Source: an uncultured Endomicrobiia bacterium
Lineage (GTDB): Bacteria > Elusimicrobiota > Endomicrobiia > DTEH01
Direction: 5' to 3'
Assembly (NCBI GenBank): GCA_938074745.1
Contig: CALJEJ010000004.1
Location: 1,597 to 65,596, forward strand
Length of the DNA stretch: 64,000 nucleotides
A model generated the notes under the pieces. That model saw nothing but the letters and a program-made list of their open reading frames with translations, made no database searches and had not been told where the DNA came from. A program made the position numbers and the translations under genes. Position 1 is the first letter of the stretch; every line of letters starts with the position of its first letter. Below, in pieces: positions 28,604 to 37,183 of the stretch.

Positions 28604-28702
28604 TCAACCCTTTTTTCTTGCATTGTAGATACCTATGAACTCATAAACTGCTAACACAAGAGTAGAAATTATAAGAAGCACTATAAGTATTGTTTGTTTC
28701 AT
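28604..28702 (-). CDS. Candidate small hydrophobic peptide (32 aa, single predicted TM)
   Basis: MKQTILIVLLIISTLVLAVYEFIGIYNARKKG preceded by strong SD (AAAGAGGAGATAAA-ATG), 21 nt downstream of EndoQ-like gene stop. Confidence 0.3.
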   Translation of the reverse strand: MKQTILIVLLIISTLVLAVYEFIGIYNARKKG

Positions 28703-28723
28703 TTTATCTCCTCTTTATAAAAA

Positions 28724-29995
28724 TTAAAACAGTTCAAGTTGGTTGCTGGGTTTAGAGACAGTTTCTTGACTGGTAATATTAGCATTGTCCCAACGAATAT
28801 TTATTTTTCCATACTCGCCATCATAACCAGGGAAAATATCTACTTCACCATTTCTTACTTTCATTATACCTTCAACAATTCGTGGGTTTATTTTTTTCCT
28901 AAGTTCTTCTTCGTTAAGAGATAACAAAACTTCAAACTCAGCTGCAACCTGTGTAGTTATGTATATATATTCGTTTAATATTCTCTGTGTACCTTTACCT
29001 AAGTTTAATGCATCTGCTATAATTTCCATTAACGGGATAACACTTTTATACGGAATAACATTCTGAGGAACAATTTCTGTTTCTTGACGGTCTGCAAGTT
29101 CCTCTACACGGTTCAACACTCCTACAGTAACCTTTCTACCACATACAGGACAAATACCTTTGTATTTCTTAGTTTCTTGTGGTGACCAACAAATTTTACA
29201 TTCTCTATGTCCATCGTAATGATATTTTCCTTCTTCAGGGTAAAATTCTATTGTGTATAAAAATTTCTTTTTATCTTTAGTAGTGATAATTCTTACAATT
29301 TCACTATAAATATCTTCTACATTATCATCTATATCAAACACATTAGCTTCACGACCTAAATTTTGTGGCGAGTGTGCGTCAGAATTAGAAATTAAAGTAA
29401 TATTGTCCAGTTTAGACAACCGCCAGTTCATTTTAGGGTCTGAAGACAATCCTGTCTCAATACTTTTTATATATTTTGCATACTTGCCAAAACATTCTTC
29501 AATAGAATCAAACCCGCTTAATGAACCAAAAATAGAAAAATGTGGTGTCCAAGCATGTGCCGGAACTATTAAGGAATTTTCAGAAACAGAATTTACAAGT
29601 TCTACAAGGTCTATACAATCTATTGAAACCACAGGACGGCCGTCGGAAACTAACTCGCCATACGGTTGTAATAATTTATTAAATTTTTCTACTGAATTAA
29701 AATCAGGTAAAAATATGATATTATGAACACGATAAGTTTTACCTTTACGAGAAAAAATATTACTTATTTCTCCCGTAAGGATAAATTTTACTCCGTCATA
29801 TTCAAAAGTATGTTTTGAAATTTGTTTTAGATACTTTTTTAATTCTTGTAACCAACCGGGATGTGTAAAATCTCCCGTGCCTAAAAGTTTGATATTTTTT
29901 AACTTTGCCCAGTGGACAAGTTCCGGAATAGACATGTCTTTAGAAGTAGCGCGGGAATATTTTGAATGGATGTGTAGGTCAGCAATAATTTTCAT
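28724..29995 (-). CDS. PHP-domain nuclease of the Endonuclease Q (EndoQ; TIGR00375) family
   Basis: N-terminal MKIIADLHIHSKYSRATSKDMSIPELVHWAKLKNIKLLGTGDFTHPGW closely follows the EndoQ N-terminal metal-binding pattern (D-x-H-x-H-S-x-Y-S); internal C-x2-C...C-P-V-C-G zinc-finger; 423 aa, same size as archaeal EndoQ. Confidence 0.6.
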   Translation of the reverse strand: MKIIADLHIHSKYSRATSKDMSIPELVHWAKLKNIKLLGTGDFTHPGWLQELKKYLKQISKHTFEYDGVKFILTGEISNIFSRKGKTYRVHNIIFLPDFNSVEKFNKLLQPYGELVSDGRPVVSIDCIDLVELVNSVSENSLIVPAHAWTPHFSIFGSLSGFDSIEECFGKYAKYIKSIETGLSSDPKMNWRLSKLDNITLISNSDAHSPQNLGREANVFDIDDNVEDIYSEIVRIITTKDKKKFLYTIEFYPEEGKYHYDGHRECKICWSPQETKKYKGICPVCGRKVTVGVLNRVEELADRQETEIVPQNVIPYKSVIPLMEIIADALNLGKGTQRILNEYIYITTQVAAEFEVLLSLNEEELRKKINPRIVEGIMKVRNGEVDIFPGYDGEYGKINIRWDNANITSQETVSKPSNQLELF

Positions 29996-30090
29996 AACTT
30001 TAAAATTGTGCCAGTTTTTTACTTTACGAAATTTTATACTTTGTTATCAATATTGTTTAATAGATTACCTCAAAAAATTATACAAACTCT

Positions 30091-30447
30091 TTATTTTTCT
30101 AAAAATATCATCTTTATTGCAACAAGAATTAAAAATAAACCAAAAATTTTTTTTAATAATGTAGCAGGTATTTTATGTGCAATTTCAGCACCTAAATACG
30201 CACCTATTAAAAATCCGACAGATATTAAAAGACCTTCTTTTATAAACAAATTGCCTTCAAGGTAGTATTTCACTGCTGCAAGCAAACCTACAGGTAAGGA
30301 TACAAGAACTAAACTTATTCCTTGTGCTTGATGTTGAGTAAACCCAAACAAATATACAAGTGCTGGGATAACAACTGTACCACCACCTAAACCTAATATA
30401 CCACCAACAACACCTGAAATAATCCCTAAAAGAATGTAATATTGCAT
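30091..30447 (-). CDS. Half-size TauE/SafE (DUF81) family membrane protein (118 aa, ~4 TM)
   Basis: GGILGLGGGTVVIPALVYLFG and VGFLIGAYLGAEIAHKIP glycine-rich TM motifs typical of one repeat of sulfite-exporter TauE/SafE family. Confidence 0.55.
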   Translation of the reverse strand: MQYYILLGIISGVVGGILGLGGGTVVIPALVYLFGFTQHQAQGISLVLVSLPVGLLAAVKYYLEGNLFIKEGLLISVGFLIGAYLGAEIAHKIPATLLKKIFGLFLILVAIKMIFLEK

Positions 30448-30454
30448 AGCGTGT

Positions 30455-32347
30455 CTATCTCCTTTCTAAAATCTCAAACTCTTTTTCCAACCCTAACTTA
30501 ACTATTTTTTCTTTTTTAGGTTTCCCTGTTTTAATATCCCAACCACGATATTTGTAATATTCTTTCAACATCAAGTCAAGTTTTACTACTTGCCCTTTAG
30601 GCACTCCTTCCGGCGCAGGTTCTTTAAGTAACCGTTGAGGTAATGTATCATCTTTAACAGTCAACCCTTCACGCAAATTGAACAACCGGTTAATATTGAC
30701 AATCCGTTCGCCAATAAGTTTAAGTTCTTTTTCCGTAATTTCCCAGCCAACTGTTACATCCATCGCTTTTATTATATCTTCGTAATACAATGCAGGTGGT
30801 ACCATCGTACCATATTTACATACGCCTAACGATTCTATCACTACGGAATAGTTCTCGTTATGGAACACCATATAACCTTTGTTTTTTTCTGACAACCGAA
30901 TCCCTATCTCTGGTAAAAACTTCTCTCCATACCATTGACGGATTTCTTTGTCAAACACGGAACCTTCGTCTAACACAGGAAACGCATACAAATGGTCAGC
31001 ACCACGAGCCGCTACTGCTGAAGCAAGACCCATGGACTTTTGTGCCCGAGGTTCCTGCGAGGCAATTTCTTGTCCTTTAACATGCATAACATATTTTTCC
31101 GTCCCACGACCTATTTTTTTTGCAGCACGGTACGACCCTTCGGCAAGAATGTCGCCAAAACCTTCTCTATACGCAATCATCTTTGTAAGTTTTATCATAC
31201 TATCAACATTACCCCAAGAAAGGTCTATCCCGCCAGTATCTTTTTTTGTAATCAACCCTTTCTCATAACATTCCATAGCCCACGAAATTGTCCCACCTAC
31301 TTCTATAGTATCCATACCAAGTTCGTCACAAAGATGGTGTAAATACATTATACTTTCTATATCAGAATTACCACAACGTGGACCTAACGCGTCAAGACAT
31401 TCGTATTCCGGACCTTTACCTTTTGTTTTAAACACCCCCGACGGAACATTAACAAACCTGCCACAACGTTGGATACAAGCAAAATCAGCCCTCGGCGAAA
31501 CAAGATATTTCTGACGATATACTTCACAAGAAATTTTGTCAACTTCTTCAAACACACCTTTTTGAAAATTGTATGCTGGTAAACGACCTATCTCGTTCAT
31601 CATATCTATAAGTTCCGAAGTGCCATATTTAATCCTTCCTTCAGTATACGGATGGGAAAGAACTTTGTCATACCAAACTTTAACTGTTTGCAAATACTCG
31701 TGCGGTTTTGCAACATCAATTTTCCCTGTCCCACGGACCGCTACAAGTTTTAATTTTTTCGCACCCATAACAGCTCCCATTGCAGAACGTGCAGCTACAC
31801 GACCGTTGCGTGTAAGTATTGCTGATTGACGACATAAATTTTCTCCAGCAGGACCTATCGCTATAAATTCAGCGAACTCGTCAGTTTCTTTTTTTACTAT
31901 CTGCATAGATTCAAAAGTTGTTTTCCCACGAAGATGTTCTGCATTACGAAGTTCTATATTATCGTCGGATATCCATAAATACTTTAACTTTTTAGCACAA
32001 CCAAAAAATATTATAGCGTCATACCCGGCAAATTTTAGTTCAGGACCAAAAAACCCTGCAGCATGTGCTTCACCCCAACCGTTGGTCAACGGATTTTTTG
32101 CTGCTACAACGAACCGTGAAGATTGTGGAAACATTGTGCCTGTTAATGGACCTGTGGCTATCATGAACACATTTTCTGGTGAAAATGGGTCAATTTTGGG
32201 TTTTATCAAATCGTATAACAACTTACTTGCAAGACCTGCACCACCAATATATTTTTCTACCACGTCCCATGGTAAATCTCCAATTTCAATTTTTTCTTTT
32301 GCCAAATCAACATACAAAATTTTCCCTGCATACCCGCCTGTAAACAT
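30455..32347 (-). CDS. Aldehyde:ferredoxin oxidoreductase family tungsten enzyme (paralog 2, 630 aa)
   Basis: MFTGGYAGKILYVDLAKEKIEI...YIGGAGLASKLLYD AOR N-domain; strong SD AAAGGAGGGG upstream. Confidence 0.9.
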   Translation of the reverse strand: MFTGGYAGKILYVDLAKEKIEIGDLPWDVVEKYIGGAGLASKLLYDLIKPKIDPFSPENVFMIATGPLTGTMFPQSSRFVVAAKNPLTNGWGEAHAAGFFGPELKFAGYDAIIFFGCAKKLKYLWISDDNIELRNAEHLRGKTTFESMQIVKKETDEFAEFIAIGPAGENLCRQSAILTRNGRVAARSAMGAVMGAKKLKLVAVRGTGKIDVAKPHEYLQTVKVWYDKVLSHPYTEGRIKYGTSELIDMMNEIGRLPAYNFQKGVFEEVDKISCEVYRQKYLVSPRADFACIQRCGRFVNVPSGVFKTKGKGPEYECLDALGPRCGNSDIESIMYLHHLCDELGMDTIEVGGTISWAMECYEKGLITKKDTGGIDLSWGNVDSMIKLTKMIAYREGFGDILAEGSYRAAKKIGRGTEKYVMHVKGQEIASQEPRAQKSMGLASAVAARGADHLYAFPVLDEGSVFDKEIRQWYGEKFLPEIGIRLSEKNKGYMVFHNENYSVVIESLGVCKYGTMVPPALYYEDIIKAMDVTVGWEITEKELKLIGERIVNINRLFNLREGLTVKDDTLPQRLLKEPAPEGVPKGQVVKLDLMLKEYYKYRGWDIKTGKPKKEKIVKLGLEKEFEILERR

Positions 32348-32452
32348 CTTTACCCCTCCTTTTACAGGACTATGTTAACTTTTTAAAAATTTTTGTATAT
32401 GAGTTTTTAAAGGAGAATATGTTTTTAACCTTCTGTCAAACATAAAACTGCG

Positions 32453-32475
32453 AGTAGTTTTAAAATAGAACTACT
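32453..32475 (-). terminator. Possible weak intrinsic terminator / hairpin between AOR paralogs 3 and 2
   Basis: AGTAGTT-9nt-AACTACT inverted repeat (7 bp, AT-rich) followed on the minus strand by CGCAGTTTTATGTTT; lies 20 nt after AOR-3 stop. Confidence 0.2.
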
Positions 32476-32495
32476 AAAATATCACAGTATGGAAG

Positions 32496-34421
32496 TTATT
32501 CAATTTCAACAAGGTCTAGTTCTTTTAATTTATTTTTCTTAATTTTACCTGTTTTTCTATCCCAGCCACGAAGTTTGTAATATTCGTCAAGCATAATTTC
32601 AAGGTTGGCAACTTGACCTTTCCCTGGACCTGAAGGCATGGGTTCTTTAGTAAACCTTTCAGGTAAAGTATCATCTTTTGGGGTAAGCCCTTCTCTTAAA
32701 TTAAAAAGTCGTTTTATATTCTGTATCCTTTCACCAATTTTTAACAACTCGTCAACAGAAGCAAATTTTTCTTCTGCTGTGACATACGGTAAAACTTCTG
32801 CAAAATCTTCAATCCAGAATATTGGTGGCCAACCACAAGTGTACCAACAGACAACTAAAGAATCACGAATACAAAAAATATCTTCAGTAACTTTTACAGC
32901 ATATGCTTTGTAATCTTCAGAATACGGGTTGCAAAGACGGTTCAAAATTTCTTCTTGCTGTTTTTTAGTTTTCCCTTCAAAAAGTTTATAATATCGTTTC
33001 CGTGCAGCTTCTTTATACCCGAGTTGGTCAACTGTTACTAAACTTCTTAAATGGTCCGCACCACGAGCTCCTACTGCATGTGTCAACGCTACAGAACGGT
33101 GTGTTCTTCCGTCTTGGCCAGAAATTTCTTGCCCTTTAACATGTAATGCAAACGGTATAGTTTCTTTACCTAACTTTTCTGCAGCAAGTTTTACACCGTC
33201 GGCAAGAATGTCGCCAATACCTTTTCTAAAAGCAATCTTATGTAAAAGTTGTATTACAGCATCTTTGTTTCCCCAATAGAGGTCTAAATTGTCAACTTGA
33301 GATTTTTTCACTACACCTTTTTGAACACATTCTATTATAAAACTTATCACTGCACCTACGGAAATCTGGTCATACCCGTAACGGTTACACAAATCAGTTG
33401 CGTATAAAATAAAATCGTAATCGTCAACACCAATGTTGGAACCAAAAAATGCTGTCCCTTCATACTCAGGTCCTTCAACAGTAAAATTTGGCAACCAAGG
33501 ATTATTTTTTGATGTAGTATAAACTTCTTTACAAGCGTTACTGCAACCAAAACATGCCCGTGGCCTACCATTAAAATGTTCTGCAAGATATTCAGCAGCA
33601 AGTTTATCCGCACCTTCAAAAACACCGTCGGAATGGTTCCTTGTAATAAGTTCGCCAATGGCTTGTTTTGCTGATACAAGAAGGTTTGTACCGTATCTAA
33701 ACATTTGTTTTGCACGAGGGTCGTCAATAACACGACGGTGTGCCTGTTTCGCTAAATCATAAAATTTTTCAGGGTAGGCAACAGAAATTTTTTTTGTGCC
33801 TTTACATACAATTGCTTTAAGTTTCTTACTACCCCAAACAGCACCCATACCACTCCTGCCAAATGCACGGTATAAATTGCTCATTACACAAGCGTAACGG
33901 ACTAAATTTTCTGCTGCTTGACCTATGCAAAGAACTTGAGAATCCGGGTATTTATTGTAGAGCTCAAGCGTGACTTCTCTTGTATCTTTCCCCCAATATT
34001 CCACTGCAGACAAAATTTTTACTTCGTCATCAAAAATTGTTATATACACAGGTTTCTTAGATTTACCTTCTATTATCAGCAAATCATAACCTGAAGATTT
34101 AATTTCTTTAGAAAAAAATCCGCCACAGTTTGACTCGCCCCAGAAACCTGTCAAAGGTGATTTACTGCCCATTACAAACCGTCCTGAAGAAGGCCATAAA
34201 GTTCCTGTTAGAGGACCTACTGCAATAAAAATTTTGTTTTCTTCAGACAACGGGTCTATCTCGGATTTTAATTCTTTATACATATAATATGCTAAAAACC
34301 CGTCTCCACCTATAAACGAACTAATTACATTGTCAGGGATTGTTTCTGTAGAAATTTTGTTCGTGGTAAGGTTTATTCGTAGAAGTTTCTGACTATACCC
34401 TTTGTTTATATAAATAGCCAT
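32496..34421 (-). CDS. Aldehyde:ferredoxin oxidoreductase family tungsten enzyme (paralog 3, 641 aa)
   Basis: MAIYINKGYSQKLLRINLTTNKIS...FIGGDGFLAYYMY AOR N-domain and full-length C-terminal domains. Confidence 0.9.
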   Translation of the reverse strand: MAIYINKGYSQKLLRINLTTNKISTETIPDNVISSFIGGDGFLAYYMYKELKSEIDPLSEENKIFIAVGPLTGTLWPSSGRFVMGSKSPLTGFWGESNCGGFFSKEIKSSGYDLLIIEGKSKKPVYITIFDDEVKILSAVEYWGKDTREVTLELYNKYPDSQVLCIGQAAENLVRYACVMSNLYRAFGRSGMGAVWGSKKLKAIVCKGTKKISVAYPEKFYDLAKQAHRRVIDDPRAKQMFRYGTNLLVSAKQAIGELITRNHSDGVFEGADKLAAEYLAEHFNGRPRACFGCSNACKEVYTTSKNNPWLPNFTVEGPEYEGTAFFGSNIGVDDYDFILYATDLCNRYGYDQISVGAVISFIIECVQKGVVKKSQVDNLDLYWGNKDAVIQLLHKIAFRKGIGDILADGVKLAAEKLGKETIPFALHVKGQEISGQDGRTHRSVALTHAVGARGADHLRSLVTVDQLGYKEAARKRYYKLFEGKTKKQQEEILNRLCNPYSEDYKAYAVKVTEDIFCIRDSLVVCWYTCGWPPIFWIEDFAEVLPYVTAEEKFASVDELLKIGERIQNIKRLFNLREGLTPKDDTLPERFTKEPMPSGPGKGQVANLEIMLDEYYKLRGWDRKTGKIKKNKLKELDLVEIE

Positions 34422-34450
34422 TTTATCTATTCCTTAAGTATGTATTTATT

Positions 34451-34741
34451 TCACCCTCCAGCAATCGGTGGGAAAATGTGCACTTCTTGACCATCAGTAA
34501 GTTTAGTCTGTTTAAACTTGTTATGGTCAACTGTTCTACCATCTATTAGAAAAGTAAAATAATTCTTTACTTTACCTGAACTGTCACACAAGGTTGACAC
34601 AAACGGTTCTTTAAATTTTTCTTTAAGTATGTTTATCATTTCGTGCAGATTTGATGCTTCAACTTCAGTTTTGTCAATACCAGCCGCTTCTCTTAATATA
34701 GTATAAAACTTTACTATAACTTTAGGTTTACTTTTTCTCAT
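34451..34741 (-). CDS. MoaD/ThiS-family sulfur-carrier protein (C-terminal Gly-Gly)
   Basis: 96 aa ending ...HIFPPIAGG; beta-grasp-sized; sits between polyferredoxin and AOR paralog 3. Confidence 0.65.
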   Translation of the reverse strand: MRKSKPKVIVKFYTILREAAGIDKTEVEASNLHEMINILKEKFKEPFVSTLCDSSGKVKNYFTFLIDGRTVDHNKFKQTKLTDGQEVHIFPPIAGG

Positions 34742-34744
34742 AAT

Positions 34745-35200
34745 CTATAATTGTTGTGAAGCGATATCATGTTTAACTTTAGCAATAGTTTCTTCAATTT
34801 CTTCAAACTTGATTGCTTCTGAAGGACAAAATAGAACACATTGTGGCTCACCATTACAAAGGTCACATTTTATAATACGTTTATATTCTGTATCAAAACT
34901 TATACTTCCATAAGGACATACATAAACACAAAGTTTACATCCAATACATCTTGAATGGTCAACAACAACTGCATTAGTAGTTTTATCTCTATACAACGCG
35001 TTAACAACACATACTTTCATACAAGCTGCGTCTTCACATTGTAAACATACAACAGGAATATCGCGGGAAAGTTCATCGTATTTTATAACACGAATTGCAG
35101 AAAGTGAACTTTTGTGTGTTTTGAAATGTGTCATACTACAGGCAAGTTCACATACTTTACAACCTACACATTTCTTTGCTTGAACTGTCAAACTTTTCAT
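34745..35200 (-). CDS. Poly-[4Fe-4S] ferredoxin (4 cluster motifs)
   Basis: CVGCKVCELAC; CLQCEDAACMKVC; CIGCKLCVYVCP; CDLCNGEPQCVLFCP. Confidence 0.8.
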   Translation of the reverse strand: MKSLTVQAKKCVGCKVCELACSMTHFKTHKSSLSAIRVIKYDELSRDIPVVCLQCEDAACMKVCVVNALYRDKTTNAVVVDHSRCIGCKLCVYVCPYGSISFDTEYKRIIKCDLCNGEPQCVLFCPSEAIKFEEIEETIAKVKHDIASQQL

Positions 35201-35207
35201 TGATGGT

Positions 35208-36581
35208 TTAATATATTATATTTTTATATTTTTCAATATATTCTCTAAAAATTTTCTGTTCATCAAAATTGACAAAATGTCCCTCACGGATAACAATCTT
35301 GCCGTTAACTATTACAGTATCAGCAATTTGTGTATCTCCACAATAAAGTAACGCAGCTAACGGGTCGTCTAAAGCACCTATATAACCTATCTTATCTATT
35401 CTAAACATTACAATATCTGCAGCGTTGCCAACTTTGATACAACCGATATCATCACGATGTAAAACTTTTGCACCACCACGTGTAGCTATCCAAAATACAT
35501 CTTCAGCAGAAATACTTTCAGGACCAGAAAAATATTTGTGTACAAGAAGACACTGCCTTAATTCGGACAACATATTTGACGAATCGTTACTTGCGGAACC
35601 GTCCACTGCTAAACTCACATTTACTTTGTTATCCAGCATAGTTTTTAGTTTCATTATCCCGGAAGCTAACCTAAGGTTAGATGTGGGACAATGTGAAACA
35701 CCGCTACCCGCTTGAGATAATTTTTTAATCTCATCGTCAGTAAGATAGATACAGTGAGCAAAAAAACAATAATTTTCTAACCAGCCACAATCTTTTAGAT
35801 ATTCAAGCGGTCTTTTGCCATATTTTTCTATACAAAAATTTTCTTCATCTTTAGTTTCTGCAAGATGTGTATGACATAAAAGTTGTCTTTTTTTTGCAAA
35901 CTCTACTGTCTGTTTTAACAATTCTTCTGTGACAGAAAATGGTGAACACGGAGCTAAAATTACCTGTGTCATTGAATATCTATCAGGATTATGATATTTG
36001 TTTACAACACGTTCGTAATCTGCTAAAATCGTGTCTTCTTTTTGTACCACTTCGTCTGGTGGAAGACCACCTTTTGATTTACCAAGAGACATTGCACCAC
36101 GACACGGGAAAAACCGTATCCCTGTTTCTTTTGCAGTTTCTATTTCGTAATCTAAAAGGTTTTCTGGCTGGTTTTTAGCAAAAACATAAAACATATCTAC
36201 TGAGGAAGTACATCCTGTAAGCAAAAGTTCTAAACAAGCAACTTTGGTAGAAAACATCACTGTTTCTGGAGATAAAATTTTTGCCCATATATAGTACAAA
36301 TGTACTAGCCAGTCAAAAAGTTTTTTATCTTGAGTTAGTTTCAATACACGAGTCAAAATTTGATAGAAATGATGGTGAGTATTTACCAACCCTGGTAAAA
36401 CAACACAATTTTGTGCGTCTATAATTTCGGTTTCTGTTGTGAGAAGTTCCTTAGGGACATTTTGGCCTACAAACTCTATTTTGTTAGCATCAATAACAAT
36501 ATTACTATTAGAATACTTAGTTCGGTTATCATCCATCGTGACAATAAGGAAAGCATTTTTTATAAATATCTTTTTTGTCAT
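35208..36581 (-). CDS. Amidohydrolase-superfamily deaminase/chlorohydrolase (SsnA / 8-oxoguanine deaminase / MtaD-like subgroup)
   Basis: VLPGLVNTHHHFYQ metal-binding motif near N-terminus, downstream HTHLAET and D-G-S Asp motifs; 457 aa. Confidence 0.7.
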   Translation of the reverse strand: MTKKIFIKNAFLIVTMDDNRTKYSNSNIVIDANKIEFVGQNVPKELLTTETEIIDAQNCVVLPGLVNTHHHFYQILTRVLKLTQDKKLFDWLVHLYYIWAKILSPETVMFSTKVACLELLLTGCTSSVDMFYVFAKNQPENLLDYEIETAKETGIRFFPCRGAMSLGKSKGGLPPDEVVQKEDTILADYERVVNKYHNPDRYSMTQVILAPCSPFSVTEELLKQTVEFAKKRQLLCHTHLAETKDEENFCIEKYGKRPLEYLKDCGWLENYCFFAHCIYLTDDEIKKLSQAGSGVSHCPTSNLRLASGIMKLKTMLDNKVNVSLAVDGSASNDSSNMLSELRQCLLVHKYFSGPESISAEDVFWIATRGGAKVLHRDDIGCIKVGNAADIVMFRIDKIGYIGALDDPLAALLYCGDTQIADTVIVNGKIVIREGHFVNFDEQKIFREYIEKYKNIIY

Positions 36582-37165
36582 TTTTTTAATGACAAAAATT
36601 CCTGAATATAATGTTCTAACAAATGGATATATCTATTTACCCGGTAATTGAAATAATGATAAAATATTACTGTAGGAATTGCTACAATAAGACCCGCAGC
36701 AGTAGTAATTAACGCTTCAGCAATACCTTTTGCTACAACCTGTGGTGAAGCATAACCTGCTTGTGCAATTGATTCAAAAGCTTTTATCATTCCTAAAACT
36801 GTACCAGTGAACCCAAGCAAAGTTGATACTGAGGCTATTGCTGCAAGTATTGGTAAATATCGTTCTAACTTAGGTATTTCTTGGTCTGCAACATCCTGTA
36901 GCTTGGTTTCTATATTTACCGAAAAAAAGTTTTCTATCCCGGTTAACAAAATTTTTCTTAACGGGGAGGATAATCTCTCGTTAAGTTTTTTTGCTTTCTC
37001 AAAATCTTTTTGTGAAATCAATTCCATAATTTTAGATACAATAGTATGGTTTATCTTTATACTACGGAAATAAATTAATCGTTCAATAATTATCGTCACT
37101 GAAATTATAGAACATATTAACAATGGCCACATTATTATTCCGCCCTTTAAAAAATATGTCAACAT
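36578..37165 (-). CDS. MotA/TolQ/ExbB-family proton-channel protein
   Basis: 195 aa, 3 TM, GGIIMWPLLICSIISVTIIIER N-terminus and conserved C-terminal TM pair (GFTGTVLGMI...ALITTAAGLIVAIP). 4-nt overlap with the amidohydrolase start; no ExbD/TolR partner adjacent. Confidence 0.75.
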   Translation of the reverse strand: MLTYFLKGGIIMWPLLICSIISVTIIIERLIYFRSIKINHTIVSKIMELISQKDFEKAKKLNERLSSPLRKILLTGIENFFSVNIETKLQDVADQEIPKLERYLPILAAIASVSTLLGFTGTVLGMIKAFESIAQAGYASPQVVAKGIAEALITTAAGLIVAIPTVIFYHYFNYRVNRYIHLLEHYIQEFLSLKK

Positions 37166-37183
37166 TTGTAACCTCTCCTTTAT

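Noticed and set aside
33356-33733. Minus-strand 125-aa ORF in alternate frame inside AOR paralog 3
   Set aside because: Out-of-frame overlap with a conserved AOR coding sequence; no independent support.
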